Positions 1-8,875 of a DNA stretch of 18,723 bases are shown here, in pieces. Each line of letters begins with the position of its first letter. Position 1 is the stretch's first letter. Location of the stretch: IMG/VR virus record IMGVR_UViG_2778261420_000008; one strand, given 5' to 3'. The DNA is from a virus. Its lineage: Duplodnaviria; Heunggongvirae; Uroviricota; Caudoviricetes. The notes under the pieces are model-generated. The model was not told where the DNA came from. It saw nothing but the letters and a program-made list of their open reading frames with translations, and did no database searches. The position numbers and the translations under genes are program-made.

Positions 1-330
1 GGCGTAAACCTTACGCCGGACCACCGTTCCGCCGACCAGACTCTGCAGATCTTCCGCCATCCCGGTGATCATGCCGTGCAGGTTAGAGACCGTCAGTGTC
101 GGACGGGCAGCACTGCCCTTGCCGTTCATCTCAAATCCACTCCCCTGAATGGGATAGGCCTGATACTGCCGACTCTGCCAGGTGACAGACTCACCTTTTT
201 CGTTCTGCTCATTACAGAAAAAGTAGCGATCCCCGCCTACCTCGGTCAGGTCGATTTCCCAGAGCACCACGCTGGCCGACTGCTCCGCACGAATGCATTC
301 ATTCAGCGTTTCCTGTTGTATGTCCTGCAT
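1..330 (-). CDS. minor tail protein L (lambda gpL-like); N-terminal 110 codons only, C-terminus lies beyond the window start
   Basis: Manual translation of the minus strand from ATG at 330..328 gives [72 protein letters not shown]..., open to position 1. This closely matches lambda gpL as I recall it. The start overlaps the gpM stop in an ATGA arrangement. Not in the ORF track because it is truncated by the window edge. Confidence 0.85.
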   Translation of the reverse strand, partial: MQDIQQETLNECIRAEQSASVVLWEIDLTEVGGDRYFFCNEQNEKGESVTWQSRQYQAYPIQGSGFEMNGKGSAARPTLTVSNLHGMITGMAEDLQSLVGGTVVRRKVYA

Positions 331-668
331 CAGATCACCACTTCGTCAAACTGACACGAAAAATCGGTATAGGTGATATGTTCTGTCGCTGACCACGTTC
401 GACACACCACTCTGATTTTTCTGTTAATACCCGGCGGGCGCCAAAAAAAAGATTTATAGCCTTCATGCCGGGCTAAAAATTTTTCAAATGAATCACGTTC
501 ATTCGCCTCAACTTTGAAATCACAGGTGAAAACGCGCAGAGAATGATTAAGTCCATTTGGACTTCGTTGCTCATAACCATCGCCAAATCTTACAGTTTTT
601 ATCGATGGTTTATTTTCTGTTTTCATTCCATCCTCTGGTAACCAGTGAAATTCTTCCGTATTAGCCAC
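330..668 (-). CDS. minor tail protein M (lambda gpM-like), 112 aa, GTG start
   Basis: Track ORF 330..668. The protein contains [15 protein letters not shown] and a C-terminal FDEVVI, similar to lambda gpM (VRFGDGYSQRAP..., EFEQVVN) from memory. Start codon at 668..666 is GTG with GGGG 6 nt upstream; N-terminal FHWLPEDGM aligns with lambda FRWKVKPGM, supporting the upstream start. Overlaps the tape measure stop by 8 nt. Confidence 0.85.
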
Positions 669-3600
669 TTAACATTCCCCCATCACGTCGCATATTTAAC
701 AGATTGCCCTGCACCCGCTGATCAACCATCCCCATAAGTGCTTTTATTGCCTGAGGGCCAATCTCTCCATTCTGGCCGTCATTTTGAATAGTGATTTGGT
801 ATACAGGGGCATAGGTAATATCTCCGCCTCCATTACCACTTTTACTATTAATAGCTCTGACACCAAGAGAACCATCGGAAGTTCGTGTTAATGGCATAAT
901 GGCTTCCGGTCCAGCCTCACCAAAAACACCAGCCCCTTTTGCAAAAGCAAAAAATTGCGGGGAATCATAAATACCGTTCGAATACGTGCTCAATGACGGA
1001 GACTCATAAACACCGCCCTTTGCATTCGGAATAAATTTACTAATAGCACTCCCGATAGTTCCTAAAATCCCCCCAGAAGAACTGTTACTAATGCTGTCGA
1101 AAATCCCAGTAATTGAAGCCTTTAATGCTATTCGACTAAGATCCGAAATCACGGAAGTAGCGAAAGAACGAAAATTTGCCTTGCCTGTCGTGACAAAATC
1201 ACCCAGCGCATCGGTCATCCCATCAAACATCTGAGTCGTGGTTGATTTTATCTGCTCACTGATATCCTTAGTGTCATCCAGCCAGTTATTGAATCCCTGG
1301 GAGGCACCACTAACCCAGTCTCCTGCCTGAATATCGAGCTGCTCGTTTTTCTGTCTGACAATTTCTTTTTCCCGTTCCAGAGCATCATTCAGAGCCTGCA
1401 TTTTCTCTTGAAAAACATGATCTGACATTCCACGGGATTTATCTGCATAGTCACGTTCAAGTTGCAGACGCTGATTGTTATATCCATGTTCAATCCGCAG
1501 TAATTCCTGCTGGCGTTGCTGATTTTTATCGCCAACCCCATAACCAGCAATCTGAATATCATACCCCTGCTGACGATTATCAATCGAAGCCTGCAATGAA
1601 TCACGCCATGCTGTTATTTCGGCGGATTCCTTGATTAGCCTGTTATTTTTTTCAATCGCAACATTTTTCTCCATCAACGTGGTTATTTCTTCCCGGTGTA
1701 AGAGAAGCGATTTCTGATCCTGGGTTAATTTCGATGATGGTCGTGACTCTAGGTCGGCAATCCGCTGACGCCACTTAACCAGTTCCTGTTCAGAGGAACT
1801 TAATTTAACGGTCAACTCAGCTTGTGAACTTAGTAACGCATTCTGTTGATTCAGATGATCAATCATTCGTTGGGCTGCATCATCAGAATAATCTTTCGCC
1901 TTTGGTTGCTTTGGATCTTTATAACGCTCATTTATTTGAGCGATAAGATTATTATATTCTTCCTTTGAATACTGATTCTTTAGCTTTTCCAGTTTTGCAA
2001 GTTCACTAGCTCTCTGCTGCTCCCGGGTCTGATATTGTTTTGAAAAGGCATCTGCTCTCTGTCTGAGTTCAATTCCTTCCTGTTGTCGCTTGTTGTAATC
2101 GTTTATTGATGAATTTAGTACGTCCTGAGCAATTTTTTCTGCTTGAAGTACGCCCAATTGCTGCTTTAATCGTGCCAGCCTTTTATTTTGAGCTCCGCCA
2201 TCTCCAATGCCACCTAACCCGAAAACTCCGGATCGGGTATTTTTTTCTATTTCATCAATTTGACGGAGAACATCTGAGATTTTTTGATCAAGGGAGGCCT
2301 CACGGCCAATATCCAGCATGGAATCCCATGCCCATTTTGCGGAGTCTGCGACAGCTTTCCATGCAGTCTCAAGATAACCAAGATTTTCTTTAATCTGGTT
2401 GGTGCGCTGGATCATTGAGGATGAGTATTCTTCTGTCGCAATGCGGGCGGCCTCCTGCTGGTTCCCTTCATCCTGTAGCGCCTTAATCTGGTTATAAGTC
2501 GCAAGTGTCAGAAAATGGTACTGATCATTAAGTTTTGATATGGCACTGACAGGATCCTTTGCAATTTCATTGAAGTCATTAACCAGTTGTTCGGTTGATA
2601 TTCCTGTTACTTCGCTCGTTTTTACTATCGCTGTCGTCACTTGCTCCAGCGAACTGCTCGCTACCTTTCCCGAACGCACAAGCTGATTTAATACTGCCGC
2701 CGCAGCACCAGTTGTCGAATCAGCCGCATTCCCGGCACGTTGAGCTAAATCGCCCAATTGCCCGCTGGTTGTCCCCAACTGATTTCCGGTAAGAATAAGA
2801 GATTTATTAAATTCGTCCTGCTCCTGAGAGCCTTTATAGTAAGCCAGTCCTAAGACCCCAACGGCTGCTGCGGCCAGGGTAAAAGGATTAATTAATCCCA
2901 GCACATAAGAACCTACCCCTTTGATCGCCGGGCCAATCCCACCGAACATCTCTTTTAGCTGGCCGCCCTGCTGCATTAACACCATAAATGGCGACTGACC
3001 AGTGGACAACCCAACAACAATATCCGTCATTTGTGCAGGCAACATGCGCATAGCAAAAGCCGTTTGTTTTGCCGACATTCCGGTTTTGCTTAATTGTGAT
3101 TGAGTAACCTCAAGCTCACTCCGCATAGCACGAAGTTTTCCAGAAAGCTCCTCATACATTTCAGGAGAAAGCATCCCCTTAGCTTTTGCTTCATTGAGCT
3201 GTTTCTGTTGTTCTACCAGACGATTAAAAGCAGTTCCGACAGGATCAAGTTGAGCAATCAGACGTTGCAAAGCAACAACCTGTTCATCATGCGCTTTTGC
3301 TGCTTCTCGCTCTGCCTGAGCCTCTCCGGTAAGCTCTCGCCGTGTTTCCTGTATTTTTCGGCTATAATTCTCAAACTGAGAACCATTTATTTTCCCGGAT
3401 GCAAACGCAGCATTAAGTTCATCATGCTGTTGTTCAAGATTTCTTAGCGCCGCAGCCAGAGGGTCGATCTTGTCCAGCATTCTTTGAAAGGCCTGAGCCT
3501 GCGCTTCCTGCTGGGCGGCAGCAAGTTTTCCGGCCTTCTCGGCTTCTCTCTGCGCTTGCGCAACCCCGCTCAATTCCTCTGTGGTTTCATTAAGTTTACG

Positions 3601-3894
3601 GACAAGAAATTCATATTCTTCTTTATCAATAAGCCCTTTATCGAAAAATTTCTTTAATTCAGAATAGCGTCGACCGACAGTATCAATTGCGGCACCAACT
3701 GGATCAATAGCTGCTTTTAATTTTGCGAGCGCGTTCTTCTCATCTTCTGTTGCCTTAGTCACTTTCCCTGCGCTATTTGCAGCAGTTTCCCCAGCCTGCG
3801 TCATTTTGACTAATGAGGAGGTCAGATTGTCAGCATTATTTTTCGCTCCAGTGCTATCAATAATTATTGCGAGACGCGAGGTTTGCTCTGCCAT
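661..3894 (-). CDS. tail tape measure protein (lambda gpH-like C-terminal two thirds with an N-terminal repeat extension), 1077 aa
   Basis: Track ORF 661..3894. The segment [43 protein letters not shown] resembles lambda H ([41 protein letters not shown]) from memory; C-terminus [16 protein letters not shown] also resembles lambda H. Long coiled-coil-rich protein directly upstream of gpM and gpL. AGGAG lies 7 nt before the ATG at 3894. Confidence 0.9.
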
Positions 3895-3912
3895 TTATTA
3901 AAACTCCTGACA

Positions 3913-3939
3913 ACAAAAAACCCACCGCGAAGTGGGTTT
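3913..3939 (-). terminator. intrinsic-terminator-like hairpin 22 nt upstream of the tape measure start codon
   Basis: Minus-strand RNA reads GAAACCCAC-UUCGCG-GUGGGUUUUUUGUUGUC: a perfect 8-bp stem (AAACCCAC/GUGGGUUU), 6-nt loop, then a U-rich tract, followed by the AGGAG ribosome-binding site and ATG of the tape measure gene. Confidence 0.45.
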
Positions 3940-4059
3940 CAGGCGACATAATAGTAGATATAGCGATTACGAGGCCACGCAATGCTTTTCTCCAGGAGCA
4001 TCATCGATTTAATTAAAGACACCATCACATCTCTGTAACAGAGTGTACGTAATTAACAA

Positions 4060-4817
4060 CTACACACACTGCTCCTGAAAATACTGGTCATCCAGTGCAA
4101 AGATCACTGCTTCAAATTCATCGCGCTCAATCAATACCGGATGAGTGGCTAAATATTCATTTATCTCTGTCAGAGATAAAGGCAAAGGCACCCCAGCCAT
4201 TCCAGCATAACGTCGGGCACGGGATATTACCGAATAGGCGTACAACAACTCCTTAAGCACCGGGTCTATTTCTGGTTCCGGTATCGGTGGCAACCTGAGT
4301 TTTTCTCGCTTCCATCTTGCCTTTTCCCCCCTTTCTCCCCCGAACTCCGATAACCACCGCTGGGCAGCTATGGCTTTTTTATCGTATCCTGCTTCTGCTG
4401 CTCTTTACCCTGGGCGATGCTGGCTGCTTCTGCAAGGATCTGCCAGTACAACTCTGGATTCTGCTTAAGCAGCGCGATCCCTCGTTCTGCCGTATATTCC
4501 AGTGCAACCTCAACACCATTAACCAGTTCACCAACCCCTTTCCAGTCTTTCAGCAGATAACGAGCGGCATTATCAATGAGTAAATCATCAACAGAATCCA
4601 CCTCGGAAACCTTTGAAATATCAAACTCCTTCGTTCCGACGTGCAAACTGGCATCCATTTTCTCAATGTGGCGACGGATTAATGCATTACGGGAGCGATA
4701 CTGATCGTTATCGCTGCTTGCCACCAACAGTTTTAACCCGTCTACAGGTTTTAAGTCCTTCATTGGCGTAAACCAGCGTTCTCCACCAATGATAATTTTC
4801 TGATTAAGAATAAACAT
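4060..4817 (-). CDS. tail assembly chaperone long form (lambda G-T-like fusion) made by a -1 frameshift at 4374..4380
   Basis: The zero-frame ORF 4368..4817 ends QDTIKKP-stop. The -1 frame is open from the slippery site through ...KKAIAAQRWLSEFGGERGEKARWKREKLRLPPIPEPEIDPVLKELL... to the stop at 4060 (verified codon by codon for 4261..4380). Position between major tail protein and tape measure is the canonical G/GT location. Confidence 0.7.
4368..4817 (-). CDS. tail assembly chaperone short form (gpG-equivalent), 149 aa
   Basis: Track ORF 4368..4829. The preferred start is the ATG at 4817..4815 (MFILNQKIIIGG...) because GAGG lies 7 nt upstream, whereas the track start at 4829 has no ribosome-binding site. 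Ends in the slippery heptamer context. Confidence 0.75.
   Translation of the reverse strand: MFILNQKIIIGGERWFTPMKDLKPVDGLKLLVASSDNDQYRSRNALIRRHIEKMDASLHVGTKEFDISKVSEVDSVDDLLIDNAARYLLKDWKGVGELVNGVEVALEYTAERGIALLKQNPELYWQILAEAASIAQGKEQQKQDTIKKP
4374..4380 (-). promoter_or_regulatory. programmed -1 ribosomal frameshift slippery heptamer A_AAA_AAG
   Basis: Minus-strand codons ...ACG ATA AAA AAG CCA TAG: the heptamer A AAA AAG sits two codons before the zero-frame stop, and the -1 frame continues open for about 105 codons. Same heptamer class as the E. coli dnaX frameshift site. Confidence 0.7.
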
Positions 4818-4877
4818 CCATAACCTCATTCAATGCGTCCCCCTGTAGGGCAGTACCACAGGAGGAATAACGGAAAA

Positions 4878-5840
4878 TCAACTAATCGCCTCAGCACTGG
4901 CTTTTGCGATCACGGCAGCCGGGGAATTTTTTTTTCTGGTTATCGTAGGTGCTTCATCTGCTGCGGTAATGCTCAATTGAACCTGGATAATGTCGCTATT
5001 ACCCCCATCAGGCCATTCACCTGACACCTGAACCTTCGGGAAACTGAAAGTGTATGCCCCCTCTCCATTCGAAAGCGTGAAGCTGAACGGAACTGTTTCT
5101 CCAGTCAGTGTTTTACTCCAGATTTCCCACGCGGCTTTAGACCATGAAAGCGTCACCGTACCGGACGGTGTAAAAGTAGTCGGAATATTTGCTCCTGCAT
5201 AAGGCGAGCCAGTCCCGATACAACGCTGTGTCTGGAGTTTGTTATCGAACTGAATATCAAAACTGTCGATACAAAAACCGTTACCTCCGGCAACACCATT
5301 CAGGCTTACTGCTGAAACCTCCTTAAACGAATAACGTAGCTTTCCTGCACTATCCACAGGTTCGCCTTTGATAAAATTCGTATCATCGGCCTTTGATTCC
5401 CAGTCCAGTCCGGCAAAGGTTACGGTCGCTGTAATATCGCCGTCGTTAGGGATCTGCATTTTCCATGAGCCAACCTGCGCTCCTCTGACGACAGAGGCAA
5501 TTCCGACATCGGACGCATAGGTCGCCAGAGAAAATGTTATTCGCTCATTCCCCATTGTCAGAGAATCGCCTGACCATTCCGCGCCGAAACAGGATGCAAG
5601 AAAATCATCATGTTGACCCCAGCGAAATTTGGTACCAACATCACCGCCGACATCCACAGTGCCAGGCGTCGCCCCCTGAGCCATCCGGGAGCCACCAATC
5701 TCATTATTTTCGCCTTTATTCTGGGTGGGTTTTACTCCCCAGCTTGTGCGTTTTAATAAACTCCAGTCACCACTTGCTGGCGTAGTGCCTGCAACCGTCT
5801 CCCGGATAAATGCCGAGATAACCTTTGCACCTGAACTCAC
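4878..5840 (-). CDS. major tail (tube) protein, 320 aa, GTG start
   Basis: Track ORF 4878..5840. Start codon at 5840..5838 is GTG, preceded by AGGAGG with 5-nt spacing. Lies immediately upstream of the chaperone frameshift gene, the conserved position of the major tail protein in siphophage tail modules. The sequence is not lambda gpV-like. Confidence 0.6.
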   Translation of the reverse strand: MSSGAKVISAFIRETVAGTTPASGDWSLLKRTSWGVKPTQNKGENNEIGGSRMAQGATPGTVDVGGDVGTKFRWGQHDDFLASCFGAEWSGDSLTMGNERITFSLATYASDVGIASVVRGAQVGSWKMQIPNDGDITATVTFAGLDWESKADDTNFIKGEPVDSAGKLRYSFKEVSAVSLNGVAGGNGFCIDSFDIQFDNKLQTQRCIGTGSPYAGANIPTTFTPSGTVTLSWSKAAWEIWSKTLTGETVPFSFTLSNGEGAYTFSFPKVQVSGEWPDGGNSDIIQVQLSITAADEAPTITRKKNSPAAVIAKASAEAIS

Positions 5841-5866
5841 AGGAGCCTCCTATGTCATTAATTGCG

Positions 5867-6259
5867 CTAGAGCGCGCGATATGGAATTTGAAGATTAAGC
5901 TGGAACCAGCCATTCTTTTCGCCAACGGCTATTGAGGAAACAGCCTGGTAACTGAGACGATCGTCATCCTGAAACTCAAACAGTTCCCGCAATTTATCGG
6001 CTGTCTCAGTAATGAGTTTTGAACCAGAACCTGCGGGGACAAATAACTGAATAATGATTATCCCCGTGCGATAAACAATCGGCCCCGCGCCAATTTCATT
6101 AACTCCAGCCTGCCCGGGAATATTACTTAACCGCGCCCAGATTAACTTACCGGAAGGATCGAACGTTGGCGCGTTCGGATACAATACGTCTTTTCCATCA
6201 ATAATCGTCTGTGCCGTCATTCTGGAAATAACCGTATTTCTGATTTCAGTAAACGTCAT
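5867..6259 (-). CDS. tail terminator / tail completion protein (gpU-equivalent by position), 130 aa
   Basis: Track ORF. ATGA start/stop overlap with the upstream gene at 6256..6259. Size and position between the head-tail joining genes and the major tail gene. Function assigned by synteny only. Confidence 0.5.
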   Translation of the reverse strand: MTFTEIRNTVISRMTAQTIIDGKDVLYPNAPTFDPSGKLIWARLSNIPGQAGVNEIGAGPIVYRTGIIIIQLFVPAGSGSKLITETADKLRELFEFQDDDRLSYQAVSSIAVGEKNGWFQLNLQIPYRAL

Positions 6260-6636
6260 TTGTAAGCCTGTAAAACACCATGAAAAGCGTTGGCATACAC
6301 GCCAGTTGGCGCTTGTTGTGAATGACCGTTTTCAAGAGCCTCTGCATAAGGAAGGTTATTCTGGATATAAATAACTCCGTAATTTGCAGCTTTCGAAATA
6401 ACCCCGATCCCACGCTGAACAGCAATCGTACCGTTCGGATCCACGTTATCAGATATACCAAAATCGGGATGCTGTAACGACACCAGGTTGTTATTTCTGA
6501 AACGTCCGGTATCAACCGGAGCAGCAATATCAATAGCAGTAAGAATCTGAATAGCGATGTAGCGAATCTTCAGCCCTACATCTTCCTCAATCATCCCGGC
6601 AAATATTGACGGTTCTATATCCCATGCCTTTGCCAT
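6256..6636 (-). CDS. head-tail joining protein (HK97 gp10-like by size and position), 126 aa
   Basis: Track ORF 6256..6636, translationally coupled to its neighbours. Assignment by synteny and size; family membership is a recollection, not a computed hit. Confidence 0.5.
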   Translation of the reverse strand: MAKAWDIEPSIFAGMIEEDVGLKIRYIAIQILTAIDIAAPVDTGRFRNNNLVSLQHPDFGISDNVDPNGTIAVQRGIGVISKAANYGVIYIQNNLPYAEALENGHSQQAPTGVYANAFHGVLQAYK

Positions 6637-7020
6637 TTACGCTCTCCTTAACTGGATAGAGTAAACTGATGCGGAAGGATCTACACTTGCTGTAATTACC
6701 TCGTATCGTTGTAACTGCCTTGATACAGGATCATAAATCTCAATAATATGGTCGACAGCTGGTTTATCCGTAACCTCGCATACCAGAGCGGTTAATTTAA
6801 GGTCACCATGCAAAATATTAATCCCATCAATTCTGCCCAGCTTATAACGTGTCAACACGCCTCGCCCGGTATAGATTGCGGTGGATTCGCCGCCAGTTTC
6901 CGTCACAGGATCCCAGTGCCGGTGCGTAACGTAAGAACCAGAAAAATCACTCACGGCGTCCGCTAAATCCTCATCAAAAGCAGCGGCAACCTCTGACTGA
7001 ATCTCTTCACGAAGCCCCAT
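6637..7020 (-). CDS. head-tail adaptor / head closure protein, 127 aa
   Basis: Track ORF 6637..7020, packed against neighbours with 0 to 1 nt spacing. Synteny-based call. Confidence 0.5.
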   Translation of the reverse strand: MGLREEIQSEVAAAFDEDLADAVSDFSGSYVTHRHWDPVTETGGESTAIYTGRGVLTRYKLGRIDGINILHGDLKLTALVCEVTDKPAVDHIIEIYDPVSRQLQRYEVITASVDPSASVYSIQLRRA

Positions 7021-7415
7021 TATCCCCCCCTCACAACCCTGACTTGTGAGCGACTAAGTCCGTACGGTTTCAGCAGTGCTATCGCAAGCTGTAAATCGGG
7101 TTCAAGCAATGCAGTGCTGTTTGCTGGCAACTCAGAAAATGATTTCGATACACTGACCCCGTCAGCCGACACGGCTTTACTGATAACAACGCCAGAATCA
7201 TTTTTCTGCTGAAACAACTTACCGAATGAGGCAATTCTGGCTGCATATGCTCCCGCAAGTTTTACCTCTTCCGGAATACGGGATGGGTTAATTTTCAGGT
7301 TGAAGCCATTAAGCCAGGCATTAGCCATTAAAACAGCTTTATTTTTAGCGTTCTCACTCGTCCAGGCGTTCCCAAACGCATTATCAACGTCATCACAGGT
7401 CACGTAAGTGATCAT
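7020..7415 (-). CDS. head-tail connector protein (gp6-like by position), 131 aa
   Basis: Track ORF 7020..7415. GGAG lies 7 nt upstream of the ATG at 7415. First gene of the head-tail joining block after the capsid gene. Confidence 0.5.
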   Translation of the reverse strand: MITYVTCDDVDNAFGNAWTSENAKNKAVLMANAWLNGFNLKINPSRIPEEVKLAGAYAARIASFGKLFQQKNDSGVVISKAVSADGVSVSKSFSELPANSTALLEPDLQLAIALLKPYGLSRSQVRVVRGG

Positions 7416-7418
7416 GTG

Positions 7419-7595
7419 TTACTCCTGAGTTTTCCAGCCCATAGCCTTCCAGTTGTCAACTTCATCAGGATGAACATTAGCGATAGTTGGTGCGCCGGGA
7501 AACATCTGATAATCGGTCACCATAACCACTAACTCAATTTGCGTTTTTTGTGCGGCTTCACGCTGTGCTCTTTGCTCTTTAGTTAATCCGGCCAT
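7419..7595 (-). CDS. small hypothetical protein, 58 aa (not in the ORF track)
   Basis: Manual translation gives MAGLTKEQRAQREAAQKTQIELVVMVTDYQMFPGAPTIANVHPDEVDNWKAMGWKTQE. GGGGGG lies 3 to 4 nt before the ATG, and the stop TAA is 3 nt before the ATG of the next gene (TAACACATG), suggesting translational coupling. Below the track length cut-off. Confidence 0.4.
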   Translation of the reverse strand: MAGLTKEQRAQREAAQKTQIELVVMVTDYQMFPGAPTIANVHPDEVDNWKAMGWKTQE

Positions 7596-7604
7596 ATGCC
7601 CCCC

Positions 7605-7627
7605 ATTAAAAATGGGGCCGAAGCCCC
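7605..7627 (-). terminator. intrinsic terminator immediately after the major capsid gene
   Basis: Minus-strand RNA GGGGC-UUCG-GCCCC (5-bp all-GC stem, UUCG tetraloop) followed by AUUUUUAAU, starting 11 nt after the capsid stop codon at 7638..7640. Confidence 0.5.
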
Positions 7628-7637
7628 GTTTGAATGT

Positions 7638-8777
7638 TTAACCAAGAATCAGACAACCATGTGCCGGCTTCACTGATGAAACACCCCATGCCAGTCCAAC
7701 TTCATAGCGCACCTGGCGATACTGACGATACAGTGCAATCTGGAACGTAATCCCTGAAATCGGGTCCGTAACATTCATTACATCATCAGCATTATCGCCA
7801 CCTTCCGGCATTGCCGGAGTACGGGATGCCAGCAGAAACGCGTTGCGATCAAACGCCATATTTGCCGTAAAGGCCCCAACAACTGTGATGGCAGTATCAT
7901 CGGCCAGATCCTGACGCAGTCCGGGCGCTGCAAGAGTAATCAGATTGCTGGTCGCTGCTGCCACAACATACTGATTCGGATCACCAGCGAACGTAACAAT
8001 CTGACCTGCAGAAATACTCCCCGAACCAGTATCAATGGAAATAAGAACATCGCCTTCTTTTTTCTCTCCATTCACGAGATAACCAGTTGCAGCAACCTTT
8101 GGCGCTCGTTTCACACCTGCCGAACTGTGAATATTGAATCCCTCCAGACGCCCCAACACGCCCTCACGCAGTAGCTGTTCAGTGCCGGATTCATTCACTT
8201 TAAACAATACAGACTGTTTTCCGCGCAAATTAGCAATGGCAGTGGAGCCAAGCACCATCTGCAGATCGGTTGTCGGTGCGCCGTTATCCTCCAGAACCTG
8301 ACGAGCCAGAGCAGCATCAGAAAGATCATCTTTAACACCAAACGGCGTTGTCCCTGCGGTTCCCACGGCGCGGGAAGCACCGAAATACAACGCACCAAGA
8401 TCAGCCTCAACCTCGTTTGCAAGGGCGCGAAAAGCCTGCTTGAACTGATCAGCCAGAATGGTGTTGTAAGTCCCTGAAGGGCCAAGAGCCAGTTGTTCTT
8501 CACCATTCCATTTAACCGGTGCCATTTTGGATTTAGTAATTTTTACATCAACAGTGCCAATATTTTGATCACCGGTATTCGGAGCTGACGGCCCCGGTAC
8601 GATATCTTCGGTTTTCGCCTCAGGCGCAACTGGCGCGGTTACCGTCTGATCTTTTGCTGCGGCGTCAGCTTTTACGTTTTTTGCTACCGCAGGGATAAAA
8701 CCTACCTGCTCACGGGATACAACATCCAGGGCGGTATAAATAGTCGGGATCAACCCGGTCAGGGTATTTCCAGCCAT
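7638..8777 (-). CDS. major capsid protein, 379 aa
   Basis: Track ORF 7638..8870, but the preferred start is the ATG at 8777..8775 (MAGNTLTGLIPTIY...) with AAGGAA 9 nt upstream. The longer track start would overlap the scaffold gene. Lies after portal, minor head and scaffold genes, with a terminator downstream as is typical for a highly expressed capsid gene. Confidence 0.75.
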   Translation of the reverse strand: MAGNTLTGLIPTIYTALDVVSREQVGFIPAVAKNVKADAAAKDQTVTAPVAPEAKTEDIVPGPSAPNTGDQNIGTVDVKITKSKMAPVKWNGEEQLALGPSGTYNTILADQFKQAFRALANEVEADLGALYFGASRAVGTAGTTPFGVKDDLSDAALARQVLEDNGAPTTDLQMVLGSTAIANLRGKQSVLFKVNESGTEQLLREGVLGRLEGFNIHSSAGVKRAPKVAATGYLVNGEKKEGDVLISIDTGSGSISAGQIVTFAGDPNQYVVAAATSNLITLAAPGLRQDLADDTAITVVGAFTANMAFDRNAFLLASRTPAMPEGGDNADDVMNVTDPISGITFQIALYRQYRQVRYEVGLAWGVSSVKPAHGCLILG

Positions 8778-8875
8778 AATTAAATATTCCTTAAAAATTT
8801 GCGTAATTGTGAATAGATGGAGTAATGAGCTATCCAGCCCTGACACCAGCTCCCATCCGGAAGCTGACAAATGTG

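Noticed and set aside
76-354. Plus-strand ORF of 92 aa at the window start
   Set aside because: It lies antisense to the minus-strand reading frame that translates into a clear lambda gpL-like protein; it is a shadow ORF.
330-626. Shorter gpM starting at the internal ATG at 626 (MKTENKP...)
   Set aside because: That ATG has a good ribosome-binding site, but the residues upstream of it (FHWLPEDGM) align with the lambda gpM N-terminus (FRWKVKPGM), so the protein more likely starts at the GTG at 668.
8195-8506. Minus-strand ORFs nested in alternative frames of real genes (also 1389..1604, 6246..6533, 9019..9249, 12906..13130, 13660..14091, 14107..14364, 15380..15673, 17327..17542)
   Set aside because: They are overlapped completely by longer ORFs with clear homology; Rz1 inside Rz is the only nested frame with independent support (lipobox and proline-rich region).
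7638-8870. Long 410-aa version of the capsid ORF starting at 8870
   Set aside because: The upstream start has no ribosome-binding site and adds a 31-residue extension overlapping the scaffold region; the internal ATG at 8777 has AAGGAA at ideal spacing.
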